A stretch of DNA of 64,000 nt from Octopus vulgaris (taxonomy: Eukaryota). Position numbers and translations under genes: made by a program. Each line of letters starts with the position of its first letter. Positions within the stretch are counted from its first letter, which is position 1. Shown one piece after another: positions 1 through 13,056 of the stretch. The stretch is taken from NCBI GenBank assembly GCA_951406725.2, contig OX597824.1:45880001-45944000 (forward strand), given 5' to 3'. The notes beneath the pieces are model-generated. The model was not told where the DNA came from, made no database searches, and was given only the letters and a program-made list of their open reading frames with translations.

Positions 1-722
1 AATGTCCTTAAAAACCACATCCATCATCAAAATGGAAGTACACATTAAGTAATATAGTCTTAGATAACCATGACTCTGAAAAGATGAACTGATAGCTGCA
101 CTGCCTTTGGTTACGGGTCTGCTCGATCACGGTTGATGTGCTGCTAAAAGCAATTAGGCAGATGAAAGTTCCTATAGAATGACAAAAAACTTCTATGTAA
201 ATGCTTGACCTGAAGATTTAAGCAGCCAAATTTCCCTTAAAGTTCATAAACAATTTTTCACTGAACTCCAGTATTACTTAAGAAAGTAGGAATTGTAGTG
301 TAACTTGTAGGCTAAGGGCTTAAAGTAGTCCCTATAATATGGAGATCAGAGAATAATGTGAGCGAAGGGATGAGGGATAGTACGTGGGTGGTAATGGGGG
401 TATTAGGCAGGGGAGAGTAAAGTGATTATTGGGAAAATGAGAGAGGCTACTGAAAAGTAGTAAAATTTCGATAGGTTAATTGTGTTGTAATGCAACACCT
501 TATAGAAACTAGGAGAAATCTACTTAATCAAAAGCATAGAAATGAAGATTCAGGAAGTCTGTTTATAAGCAGACTACAAAAGAAATATCTAGAGCAATTA
601 CAACAGATATGTATCAGTTACTGTCATTCCATTCAATATCTGTGTCTCTTAGTATGAGAGTTACAGCTGGCTGAATCTGTAGAATGCCAGCCTACATGCC
701 AAAGGTAGGCTACTGTTCCTAT

Positions 723-943
723 AGGCGGCGAGCTGGAAGAATCGTTAGCACACCGGGCGAAATGCGTAGCCGTATTTCGTCTGCCGCTACCTTCTGAGTT
801 CAAATTCCGCCGAGGTTGACTTTGCCTTTCATCCTTACGGGGTCGATTATATAAGTACCAGTTACGCACTGGAGTCGATATTATCGATTCAATCCGTTTG
901 TTTGTCCTCTCTGTGTTTAGCCCCTTGTGGGTAGTAAAGAAAT
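723..943 (+). mobile_element. tRNA-derived SINE family A, young copy with 20-bp TSD
   Basis: Head ggcggcgagctgg...gagttcaaattcc (A/B-box-like), body ctttgcctttcatcc...ggtcga...agtaccag. Flanked by AGGTAGGCTACTGTTCCTAT at 703-722 and 944-963. Many other copies, e.g. 1491, 3319, 32250, 38960, 44490(-), 46850-49100, 50730-51760, 62200(-). Confidence 0.9.
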
Positions 944-3900
944 AGGTAGGCTACTGTTCCTATCCTGTCAGCAGTTCTGTGGTGTCATTATAACATACTC
1001 ATATCTCTCAAAAACCCATTTTAAACTAGGTAACATATGGAGATACAGCTCATAGATGGAAAGAACAAGAGTGCTAAAATTGATCAGAGTACAGGAAAAA
1101 ACTAATACAAGAAAATTCATTTCCTCCCATAGACATTAAATTGAAAAAAAAGAAAGTTTAAATATGAGGGATTATTAAGAACTAGTGCTAAACACTAACT
1201 TAATGGCATTTATCGAATGAGATAAATCTTCCTCTATTGGATCTCTTGTCTTTTACTTGTTTCAGTTATTGGATTGTGGCCATGTCTTGAAGGGTTTAGT
1301 CAAATTGACAATACTCATTTTGTTAGTCTCGTTGGCCAAATAACAAACTCACTAGAAAGTAAACAAACCAGCATTATAGCCTCGGGTCGACCAAAGCCTT
1401 GAGAGTGGATTTGGTAGATGGAACTGAAAGAAGCCCGTCATATATACATACACACACATGTATACACAAGTATATATCGAATGCGTGTCGAAGGCGGCGA
1501 GCTGGCAGAAACGTTAGCTCGCCGGGGGAAATGCGTAGCCGTATTTCGTCTGCCGTTACGTTCTGTGTTCAAATGCCGCCAAGGTTGACTTTGCCTTTCA
1601 TCCTTTCAGGGTCGATTAAATAAGTACCAGTTACGCACTGGGGTCGATGTAATCGACTTCATCTCTTAGTCTGTCCTTGTTTGTCCCCTCTATGTTTAGC
1701 CCCTTGTGGGTAGTAAAGAAATATATATATCGATGTGTGTGTCTTTGTGTCTGTGTTTGTCCCTCCATCACCACTTGACAAGCGGTGATGTGTTTATGTT
1801 GCCCTAATCTAGCAGTTCAGCAAAAGGGATCAATAGAATAAGTATTACACTTAAAAATAAGTTCTGTGGTCGATTTTTCAAGTAAAAGCCTTCAATGTGG
1901 TGGTTCATCATAGCCACAATCAAAATGACTGAAACGAGTAAAAGAATAAAAGAATAATGAAGAAAAAACAACATTGGTTCAATGACTAATATTATTTTAA
2001 TCATTTCAGCAAATATGCAGCAGACAATTCAGAATATATTTCAGTTTTATTAGTTCTCTTAAGTGAAGCATAAACTTCACCATTCTTGTCAAAGTAGTGA
2101 AAATGTACAATATTGTTCATATGTATATTTTAAAAATTAAATCACTGGCATTAATTACTCAGGTCATCCAGATGTAAAATAATAGTTAAGTGTTTGTATT
2201 TAAATTATCAAAAATATAAGAAACATGTTTTACAACAGATTCATATAAAAAAGATGAATTCAAGGTCAGGCAATGAAGTAGCCAGAGCAGTTTTGGAAAA
2301 CCTATATGGCTTTGATCTGAACAGACCAAGCTTCATTTCTGAAAATATTTCACACAGCAATATTTATTTCATATTTTACAAACTATTTATAAACACAGCA
2401 AACTGCCAGGTTTCACCCATGTATTCTACAGTATCAGGCAAAATAAACCATTTGTAAGGTATTGAAAGAAATAGTAGTATAAACAAGTGAATTCAGTTTA
2501 TCACTGTTATTCACTGTATTGATACCGGTTTAATGCAAGGCTTTGGTTCAAACACTCTACCATTTCTGCAATCTCAGCTTGGAAAAATAAAGATGATTTA
2601 TTAATAATTCTTTTAATCTTTATAAGCAATGATATTAAAGGTACAATAAAACAGTAATCTATTTTATCTTGTCACAATGAGTGAACTGTTGATAAAGTTA
2701 AGATTAGCAAAAATATTGTTACAATACTTCAGCCAGATTACAGCCACCTCACTCAGATTCCCAGCATAGGACCATGGCCTAATTATCTTTCCATAAAAGG
2801 CATGACCAACTCCATAAACTCAATTATATTACTATGAAAGATATGACTGTCAATATAAATGTTTGTTGATGAATCAGTATTGGCTGGCATGTAAACAAGT
2901 AGGGGTAGTAGACATTACAGAAAAGTTATGTAAATTCCCATCAAATTGTATTTCAAAATGTTCTAGAAGCTTCACCTAGGGTTATCCGAGTATTGAAGCC
3001 TCAGATAAAGCCACCTTAGACTCTACAAGGAATTCTGTTGTTTTTGACTTTTTTCTTGTTTTTGTATAACATACTTTGTACACCATGCTTGACAAAGAGT
3101 AATAAACCTTGTGCTGTAATACTGATATACATATATACATATCTATGTACATGCAAATATCTTTCTATACAATTACCTGCCTCATTCTGTTTATAATAAC
3201 AATGTACATGCATCATATAACAGTAATAACACATTTTTGCTATCTTATTCATCATAAAATGTTGAATAACACACACCTGCTATAAAGCATGTTTTTTAAT
3301 ATAATTAATTCACTTATGAAGGCAGTGAGCTGGCAGAGTCAATAGTACACTGGACAAAATGCTTAGCAGCATTTTGTTTGACTACATTCTGAGTTTAAAT
3401 TCTGCCAAGGTTGAATTTGCCTTTCATCTTTTTGGGGTCAATAAAATAAGTACCAGTTGAGTGCTGGGGTTGATGTAATTGACTTACCCCCTGCCCCAAA
3501 ATTCTTGGCCTTGTGCCAAAATTTGAAATATAATTAATTCAGTTGCATGTGTGTCACATAACTTTTTGAGACAATAAATTTATGGAAATGAATATTGTAT
3601 GTGTACAGTCAGGCGAAAATATTGTTCGTACGAGTATGTATAAATATTTGCATCTATACATTTTGACATATTCTACTGAAGATAGCAAGGCCAGAAATCA
3701 ATCTACTATTAACCACCTTTTCCAAAAAGTCTTATTCATTTTTTTTTCATCTGCCCGCTTACAACATGTACTAAAGGTGTATAGACATGGTTTCTAGAGC
3801 CATTTGGCATCTATTTCTAGTGTGTTGGTAGGATCTATCCACACCCTTTAATATAATTATATTATATATTTATAAATTAATATAAATGATATATATATAT

Positions 3901-4084
3901 ATATATATACATATCATGAGTAAGCACATAAATGCAAAACAAGGTGAAAAAATTTAGCAATTCAACACCGAAGGTAGTGTAATGTGCTTTTTTTATTAAA
4001 GCTGCAAAAATATCACCAAAATCCTGCTACTCAGAGTTCCATGTTCCCATTCATTGGGCAGTTGTGATGTTTTTGCAGTTTTAG

Positions 4085-4490
4085 ATGCAGGAGTGGCTGC
4101 GTGGTAAGAAGATTGCTTCCCAACCACATGTTCCAGGTTCAGTTCCACTCCATGGCACCTTGGGCAAGTGTCTTCTAATATAGCCTTGGGCTAACCAAAA
4201 CCTTCTGAGTGGATTTGGTAGATGGAAACTGAAAGAATCCCATTGAATATATATATATATATGTATGTATGTATTTGTGCATATATGGGTACAGGACATG
4301 TATATATATATATATATGTATATATATATACAGATGTTAATGTGTTTATGTCTCAGTAACTTAGTGGTTCAGCAAAAGAGACCAATAAAATAAGTACTAG
4401 GCTTACAAAGAATAAGTTCTGGGATTGATTTGTTCAACTAAAGGTGGTGCTACAGCATGGCACAGTCAAATGACTGAAACAAGTAAAATA
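4085..4490 (+). mobile_element. tRNA-derived CORE-like SINE family B, representative copy
   Basis: gcaggagtggctgcgtggtaag...ggttcagttccac...accttgggcaagtgtcttct...ggaaactgaaagaa, an internal (TA)n, and tail gtcaaatgactgaaacaagtaaaa. Other copies at about 1375, 12580(-), 19940, 26330, 31370, 33640(-), 34583, 51855, 60610(-), 61240(-), 61925. Confidence 0.85.
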
Positions 4491-4498
4491 TCTATATA

Positions 4499-5368
4499 TA
4501 GTGTGTAGTGAATAAACTGTTGTCTAAATTACGCAAAAATGAAAATAACACTGACATCTCGTTTTAGCAGATATATTTACCAAAATTACATAAAAATATC
4601 TTGAAATACTACAGAGGAAATGTATTGAATAAAATCACCATTGGCTCCAACCTAATCAACCAGATGACTTTGGAATCTTCTGCAGCTCTTCTGGATGGTC
4701 TCCTCATTTAATTTGGTGAATGTTGCCATAATCCTTGCTTTCCATTCATCTCTGATGTTAGGAGTTTTGTTGGTCTCTCATTCAACTGTGCCCCACACAT
4801 AATAATCAAGAGGGTTGCAATCTGGGGAGTTAGGTGGCTAGATGTTAGGGATGACATAGTTGCAGAAATTGTCTGACAGCCATGACTGGGTTCACCTGTT
4901 TGTGTGGAATGGTGCAGAGTCCTGTTGCCAGACATAGGGTCTTCCAGCAGCCATCCTTTTGACCCAGCGCAGCACTTTCTCCAACAGGCACTTTATGTAG
5001 ATCTCCGTGTTGAGTCTGAGGTTGTGTGGAAAGATGAATGGCGGCATAACGTCACCATCACATGCGATTACTCTAAACACCATGATGTTGACTGAATGTT
5101 TGATTTTTATCACTCTCGGTACATGTCCTCAGATTGACACCCAAACACTCTGAAATGTTCGTACTGACGCTTCTGACTTAAATGTCAAGCACTACAGCAT
5201 GTCGTTTCCAAATTTCTGGCAGAGTGAATTGTGTCACGGTGCTGTTTTAATTACAGACAGTGCCCAACTGACCCTACGATATTGTATCGTCGATAAAATC
5301 AAAAACAAATAATGCGCATGCGCAAAATTGAAAGTATAAAATGGGGGAAATTCATCCATCGCCCCCTG
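4499..5368 (-). mobile_element. Defective Tc1/mariner DD37D (maT-type) element with internal deletion
   Basis: Minus strand reads WQQDSAPFHTNR*TQSWLSDNFCNYVIPNI*PPNSPDCNPLDYYVW, with 37 residues between the second and third D and in-frame stops. Degenerate TIRs resemble CAGGGTGTGATGG. Confidence 0.85.
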
Positions 5369-5829
5369 TGCATATGTGTGTGTGTGGTGCCTCGTTGTAC
5401 TGAAGAAAACTTCAAAAGTGCTAAGGCTGCTCCCCATGATAAAGAGGATTGGCCTGCAATAGTCCTGTGCCAGCATCACGTTAACAAGCACCCAACACAC
5501 GTTGTAAAGTGGTTGGCGTTAGAAAGAGCATTCAGTCATAGAAACCAAGCAGAATAAGACTGGAACCTGATGCAGTTCTCTGGCTTGCTGACTCTCGTCA
5601 GACCGTCCGACCCATGCCAGCATGGGATGCGGACGTTGAATGATAATGGTGATGATGATGATGATGATGATGATACACATCAGATGGACTTTATGGTTGC
5701 CGAGTAAACTTCTAACCACACAGGCACACCTTGTGCCTTCCTTAGTGTAAAATGAACTACTTTGCACTGTCAGTTTTGTGTCATTTCTGTTTTGCTCTCA
5801 AAATCTTTTGGGATATCAAAGAGATGACA

Positions 5830-6525
5830 CAAATATTACATTTGACGTGACTGTACTTCACCATTGTTGTTGTTTTAGAAGTCTTAGTATTACCGTGATC
5901 TGTCATTGCATGACTAAGCGCAGTTCTTAGTGTCAAGGATACGTCACAGTGAAATTTTATTTTATTTTTATGTGCCCGTATATTGAATATACTAATTATA
6001 TTAATACCGACAGGTAATATTTATTGCCACTTCAACGTAGATGTTCTGTTAGAACAAATTGTGCTGCAGTAGAAGACAGTTTCTCTCATGGTATCTACCG
6101 CAGTACAGTTTGTTTTAATAACATATCCATATTTAAGTGGTGATAAATATTACCTCTCTGAATAAATTTATTCAAGATTGAATAGTGACCAAGGAATTCT
6201 TCGCAACACCTATTATGATCTTGGGTGCAACCTGCAGTGGTTAATGTGAAGCGTAAAATTCTGAATGAAATGAAATAAGTTTTAATAACTTAGTCACGAA
6301 GTTTGCGAAAACGTTGCTGTCTCGTGGTTCACGAAACACACATTGTTGTCTACGTCACCGTTTTTGTTGTTTACGTCTGCAAGGCCTGGGTTGCTGTCCA
6401 CGTCGCTCAATATACAAGATGACAGGAAGTTCATGGGTAGTTCTTCGTTAATGTCAATCCAACAACGGCAATCTTATCTGCAATAAGTTGCGATAAAAAG
6501 CACTGGCTAAAACCAATACTTGAAG
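5830..6525 (+). promoter_or_regulatory. Probable GOLGA5 promoter and non-coding first exon ending at the donor at 6525
   Basis: Non-repeat sequence locally enriched in CpG, with clustered ACGT-core motifs and an ETS-like CAGGAAGT at 6423-6430. Strong donor GAAG|gtaagg at 6525/6526. The acceptor just upstream of the ATG exon implies an upstream UTR exon. TSS not determined. Confidence 0.6.
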
Positions 6526-6917
6526 GTAAGGGGTCGTGTTCTTTTTTTCCTTCATCAAGAGAACATATTGTTATTGTGGATTGTTTTGGTGATTGTCGTG
6601 TATGTAATATCATCTTCCGCTGGGCTGTGACACTCTTCTATCAATGGGTATTTGTTCGGTGTTTTTATGCTTGAAAGCACCATCTTCAGTGATTACGTTG
6701 CTTTGTTTACATATTTATCTGTCACCACACCCACTAACACTCAACTACACATCATACAACACTTCATTAAGCATTTGTTTATTAAGTTGTAGATCTATTT
6801 GATCAAAATGAAGTTGTATGATAGTCATTCCCTGCCATTACAATATTTACATAATTTAAATACAATTTATACACCCCCAGTAAATAATGCATATAGGATA
6901 TATAGTCAATATCAACG

Positions 6918-6995
6918 TCATTTTGACACAACAATTGCGATATTATATAGTCTATAATATATATATATATACTTTATTAATAAAGCTACAATGAC

Positions 6996-7041
<46 letters not shown>

Positions 7042-7062
7042 GTGTGTATATATATATATGTA

Positions 7063-7095
<33 letters not shown>

Positions 7096-7524
7096 GCAAT
7101 ATATATGTATGTATATAAAAGTAAGTATATATATATATATATATGTATATACCAAAAATATATAAATGTATGCATATATACATACATGCATATGTAGGTA
7201 TGTATATATATGTATGTATATATGCATATATTTATATACTTTTGGTATATATATGTAGGGGTGGGGGTGGCGATTCCTGCTGTGCTCTTTCGCCACAACT
7301 TTCTCTCACTCTTTATTCTGTTAGCCTGCTCGCTTAGCCAGCGTGGTGGCATCACTTGATGGCTAAAACAGTGCGAAGCGCATTGTGACCAGCGATGTGT
7401 TGCAACATCTGAAAGCCTGGTCGGTCACGTGATCGCGTGATAAATATATATGTATGTGTATATATGTATGTATTATATAGATATATATGTATTATATATA
7501 TGTATATATGTATATAAATATATG

Positions 7525-7569
<45 letters not shown>

Positions 7570-7570
7570 C
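6918..7570. repeat. Compound (TA)n/(TATG)n microsatellite; similar tracts at about 19530-19715, 20328-20375, 22600-22795, 30570-30730
   Basis: Directly visible; source of the YI-rich spurious ORFs. Confidence 0.95.
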
Positions 7571-7925
7571 CGTCTGGCACCTGTGTCGGTGGCACATAAA
7601 ATCACCCACTACACTCTCGGAGTGGTTGGCGTTAGGAAGGGCATCCAGCTGTAGAAACACTGCCAGATCTGACTGGCCTGGTGCAGCCTTCGGGCTCCCC
7701 AGACCCCAGTTGAACCGTCCAACCCATGCTAGCATGGAAAACGGACGCTAAATGATGATGATGATGATGATGATATATAAATTAGAGAAGAACCACCATG
7801 TAGCAATTCAACAATGATATACTTAAATCATACAATATAGAACAAAATTAAAGATACGATAAAACATTTTCCTAGAACTAAATAAAATACAAAATGATAA
7901 ATAAATAGTATGTAATTAGTAAATA

Positions 7926-8005
7926 GACTACACGTGTTTCGTGCTATATTTTCAAATTGATAGCAATAAAATCAATTCAATTTAGATATAGTCACTCATC
8001 AGGTC
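7926..8005 (-). ncRNA. Minimal type I hammerhead ribozyme motif in a Penelope-like repeat
   Basis: Minus strand: gac-CUGAUGA-gugacuauau...auauagcac-GAAA-CACGUG-UA-guc; palindromic stem III ACACGUGU; GUA cleavage triplet. Confidence 0.8.
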
Positions 8006-8205
8006 AAAGATAAAAACAATAAAATAATTAAATAAATGTACGTATATTATCTTATAAGAAAATATAAATATATATAAAAATACGTGATTTTACAATAAAA
8101 AATCGAACAGAATTCAACAATATATCTTGAAACAAAACCACGAAATATCTTATCGAGATAAATTTATTATAAACACTAAGTCATATGTATTAAGTTTAAA
8201 GATTT

Positions 8206-8743
8206 GGATCTTTTCCTTTTGAATGGCAGTTTTCAACACAATTTGTAGTTAACTAAAACACTTTTAAACTTCGTATACTGGTAGAATGTGTTTATAAAAC
8301 ATCATTTTTTCTTGGCTCTATTGAGAAAATTCTATATGTTGTAACATATTTCGACTTTAATTTTGAGCATTTCAGCAATTTTAACCAATCGCTGATCGCC
8401 ATTTGGGGTGAAAACATTCCATGCTGTATGAATATGTCCCTCGTTTAAGAAACAGATTGGGTTTATTTACATTTGCGAAGAAAAAAAGATACCCTTCCCC
8501 CACCCCTAACCCTAAAATAGATTGAAATGCAATAGATTGATACTAGGGTTATAATTATGGGTGACAATTTCATACGACACTGCTACGGAAAATGGGATTT
8601 TTTTCTAGCAGTGTCAAAGGAAAATATCACCCATAATTATAACCATAGTATCGATCTATTGCATTTCAAGCTGTTTTAGGGTTTGGTTTAGAGTTAGGGT
8701 TAGGGGTGGGGGAAGGGTATCTTTTTTTCTTCGCAAATGTAAA
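8206..8743. mobile_element. Truncated relative of the 23.6-kb foldback MITE
   Basis: Same left end ggatcttttccttttgaa; internal inverted repeat about 8465-8590 / 8600-8743 with ctaaccctaa / ttagggttaggg; right terminus missing. Confidence 0.8.
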
Positions 8744-8947
8744 TGAAAAACTTTGCATAGGCGTTGCTGACCTCTGCTTGATATGTGGGTTTTCTTTTTT
8801 TTTTTCCTGTTATTACTTGTAATGCCGCACAAGCATCACCCACATACCAAAATTGCAATGTTTCCATAAATAGATTTTTTTTAAGGCATCCTCCAATGCA
8901 TGAAGTATTCTGAAAGTACAAAGGCATAATCACTGTATATGATTATG

Positions 8948-8991
<44 letters not shown>

Positions 8992-9550
8992 TTATCATCA
9001 TCTGTGTGTGTGTATCCTTATCATTATTATTACTGTTTTAATGTCTGCTTTTCCATGCTTACATGAGTCAGATGACACTTGTTGAGACACATTTTCTATG
9101 GCTAGATGCTTTTCATGTTGTCATTCCACAACTTTTTTCCAAGTAAGGTCATAAACAAGTGGCATTCATTTGTATGGTGGGAAACTTTGTTTTCAATCAA
9201 TGCACAGATGTCAACATCAGTGAAAACATAAACACACATGTACACACACCTGTGTGTGTGTATTATTGATAGAATCAAAGTATTTTAATAATGTGACCAC
9301 AGTAGGGTTGAGAACAACATACTAATCTCGGTGATGAAGGGCGTCAAAATACATTCTACATTCTTTATATGCAAAATCTTAAATGTTAAATTTTAAATTT
9401 AAATTTTAATTCACCTGAGGTAATCGATTTTTTCATGGCGTAATTGATTTGTTTGTCAATAAAAAATGCATCTGAAACAGCTGTAGTGAACCTCAGCCCA
9501 TTTGTGTAATTATATATACACAAATACATAATTATATATAATTATATACA

Positions 9551-9944
9551 CAGGGTGTGATGGGTAAATTGTTGCCATTTTATATTTTTAACTTTAGTCA
9601 TGCACATTGTTTTTGATTTTGTTGACTACACAGTATAGTAGGGTCAGTTGGGCACCATCTGTGAGAAAAACAGCACCATGACACAATTCACTCTGCCTGA
9701 AATTTGGAAACAGCATGCTGTACTGCTTGGCATTCATGCTGGAAATGCCAATATGAATATTTCAGGGTGTTTGGGTGTCAATCTGAGGATAGTGCAGAGT
9801 ATTTAGAAAGAGTTGGATGAGTCTAATGGTGATTACAAAGGTATGGCAGCTCGGAAAACTCACCCTGATCGTTCTGATAAGAAAAGAACCGAATTTGTTG
9901 GTGAGATCCCAGCCATGAATGACAATGATCTCTTTAAGTCAATC
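9551..9944 (+). mobile_element. 5' fragment of the same maT-type element, opposite orientation
   Basis: Begins cagggtgtgatgggtaaattg; aligns to the reverse complement of 5130-5368 (e.g. cacaattcactctgcc.gaaatttggaaac) and continues into transposase N-terminal sequence. Confidence 0.8.
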
Positions 9945-10603
9945 AATGAAACTTGGAACACACCAGTATCAGTTGATTACTTTATTTTATCAACTGTGGA
10001 AGGATAAAAGGTGAAGTTGATCTTGGCAAAATTTGAACTCAGAATGTAAAGGGTTGGGGCTTTTTATTGATTCTGTCAATCTTCCATGTTACTGGTTCTT
10101 TCTTTCTTGTCCTTAGAGGATTAAACAGTCATGCCAATTTTAATAGGATTTGAACTCAGAATTTTCAGGGATAAAGCTAGCATTAAGTCTAGTGCAGTTT
10201 CAACATACTTTAGTCTATATTCACTAATACTAATTTAAAATTTTGGCTCAAGACCAGCAATTTCAGTGGGTGGGTTAAGTTCTGTATTTAAGAGATGAGG
10301 AATTATGTACATTATTTAAATTTTATGGATATTTGTCCTCATCTTGTTTGTTGTTAACACAACATTTTGGCTGATATACCCTCCAACCTTCATCAGCCGA
10401 AACATTGTGTTAACAACAAACAAGATGAGAACAAATATCTGTCAAATGTAAATAATGTAAATCACAGTTGTAAGTGAGAAGTTTGCTTCCCAACCATGTG
10501 GTCTTGGGCTCTGCCCCACATGTTGTACCTTGGAAAAATACCTTCTACTACAGTCCTTGTAAGTGGATTTTGTAGATGGAAACTGAAAGAAGCCCATCGT
10601 ATG

Positions 10604-10641
<38 letters not shown>

Positions 10642-11479
10642 GTGCTATGTGTATAAGCAATGCATGGGGAAATTTCGAACCTGGGTTCTCATTGAGAACC
10701 CAGGTTCAAAATTTCCCCAAGACACCTGATGAAGGTTGGAGGGTATATCAGCCAAAATGTTATGTTAACAACAAACAAGATAAGGACAAATATCCATCAA
10801 ATCTAAATAATGTATATAAGGGTTTAAGTTGATTACATCAACCCCAGTGCTCAACTAGAACTTTTTTTAGTAACCCCAAAAGGATAAAAGGCAAAGTCAA
10901 CCTCAGTGGAATTTGAACTCATAATGTAAAGATAGGTGAAATGTTGCTAAGCATTTTACCCAGCATGGTAATGACTCTATCAGTTTACTACTTAAAATAT
11001 TAGTTAATATTGATTTATTACATTGATACAAAGCCTCACATTTATTATGGACAGCCATTTACTTAACCTCAGTCTGTTACTGGTACTTATTGTATTTATC
11101 CTGGAGAGATGAAAGGCAAAGCTGTTGATCCTAGTTAGATTTAAATTCAGAATAAAAAATGACAGAATTAAATACAACTAATCATTTAATCCAATAGCCT
11201 ACTGTGTTTGACCTTTTTCACCACTGTATATGTCAGAATTTACATCAAGGTGACAGACTGATAGAAATAGTGGGGCACCAAAATAGGCAATAAAGTCTCA
11301 AAATATACAAGGGCTGATCTTGTCATTCGTTCCTCTTCTCCCTAAAACTTCTAGCTTTGTCCACAAAGCTTCAACTATCTGTTAGATACTGAGTGGATTT
11401 CCTAAATGTGTCAAAGTGGACTTAGACAAACCATATTATGTCATTCAGATTGTATCTTGACAGAACATTTATTTAGTTA

Positions 11480-11760
11480 GCAGACAGGGATTGTAAATAG
11501 TGTCAACTATTTCCAGTCCATAACTTTGCTAAATGCAGAGTTCAAGATTTTTGTCAAGGTGCGTGTAAAGAGGTTGGTCTTGTGGTCATTAGTATGATTG
11601 GGAGTATGCAGATCTGTGTGATATCTGACAGGTCTATCAGTAATAAACATGGTCAAATGTAATATATCATAGATGGTGGTAGTAGTAATAAACTTGACTT
11701 TCTTGGACTCTGATGCATTTAAATAAATCCAGAGCTTTTGAAAGGATTACTCATCAGTGC
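11480..11760 (+). pseudogene. Ancient L1/Tx1-like reverse transcriptase fragment
   Basis: Reads SITLLNAEFKIFVKV..KRL and LNKSRAFERITH, degenerate RT motifs interrupted by stops. Confidence 0.6.
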
Positions 11761-13056
11761 ATGGTGGCAGTCCCCAGTGTAGCTATTTTCACTTCCACTT
11801 AGAGAGAATGAATTTGGTAGATAAAAACTGTATATCTATTTGTCTATCTATTTGTCTGTCTATGCACATATATATATATATATATACATTCATACACAGT
11901 ACACATATATAATATTATATACATATATATACACACTAGAGTACCCAAGCCATCAATAACGAATGTGGGTGTTTTAGTAAACTTTGTAATAATTACAATA
12001 TTTTGGTTTGTATGTTTGAATATTCAGGTTTTCCAATTGGAGGCGTTGTTGAAAAATGTACATGATGAAAGTTGCTAATGAGAATATGAGGATGTAAATA
12101 AATATGCTAAAATAACTGAAAAATAAGTTATATTTATCACTACTCTAATATTATACAGTGGAGGTACATGGCTTAATGGTTAGGGTGTTGGACTCATGAT
12201 CGTAAAATTGTAGTTTTGATTCCTGAACTGGGTGATGCATTGTGTTCTTGAACAAAATGCATCATTTCATGTTACTACAATTACTCAGTTGGTAAAAATG
12301 AGTAATCCTGCAATGGACTGGCATCCCATCCAGGGAGGAATATGGTTTTTGTATGCCAGAGAAACCAGGCATCTTGCCTTATACTCCTTATAGAGTAACG
12401 TGGACTAACCAAATATTATACAGGTTTGAATTATTTTTAATATGTACAATATGTTGAAGTCAGTGAGTCTCTCATTATTCTACATTGTTATTTTCTACAA
12501 TAAACGCTCTGCCTAATTTCACAAATGTTGTGTAGATGAATTTAAGATTACAAAAATATATGCATATTTATACATATTTTATCTTTTACTAGTTTCAATC
12601 ATTTGACCGTGGCCATGCTGGGGCACTGTCTTGAAGGGTTTTAGTTGAACAAATTGACACCAGGACTCTTTTTAAAGGCAGTTACTTATATTGGTCTTTT
12701 CTTGCTGAACCACTAAGTTGCAAGGACGTAAACACACCAACACCAGTTGTTAATCAGTGGAGGGAGACAAACGCAAATATGAAGATACACACACACATGA
12801 TGGGCTTCTTTCAGTTTCCATCTACCAAATCCACTCACAAGGCTTTGGTTGGTCCGATCTATAGTAGAAGACCCTTGCCCAAGGTGCCATGCAGTGGGAC
12901 TGAACCTGGAATCATGTGGTTGGTAAGCAAGCTACTTACCACACAGCCATGCCTACATCTGAGTACATGATCTTACAAACATGTTACATACCTTTCCTTA
13001 AGGTTTTCAAAAGAAAGCAGGTTTGGTTTATGCAAAAGCAGCATAAACATATTTAA

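Noticed and set aside
723-810. tRNA-like A/B boxes
   Set aside because: These are SINE heads continuing into SINE body and tail; no complete cloverleaf.
1960-3300. Possible exons of a divergent upstream gene
   Set aside because: Apparently unique sequence, but no convincing ORF with splice sites or recognisable protein motif.
6918-7735. ORFs rich in Y/I/C/V/H here and at 19.5, 22.6, 30.3 and 45.4 kb
   Set aside because: Translations of (TA)n/(TG)n microsatellites and a minisatellite; no splice or domain support.
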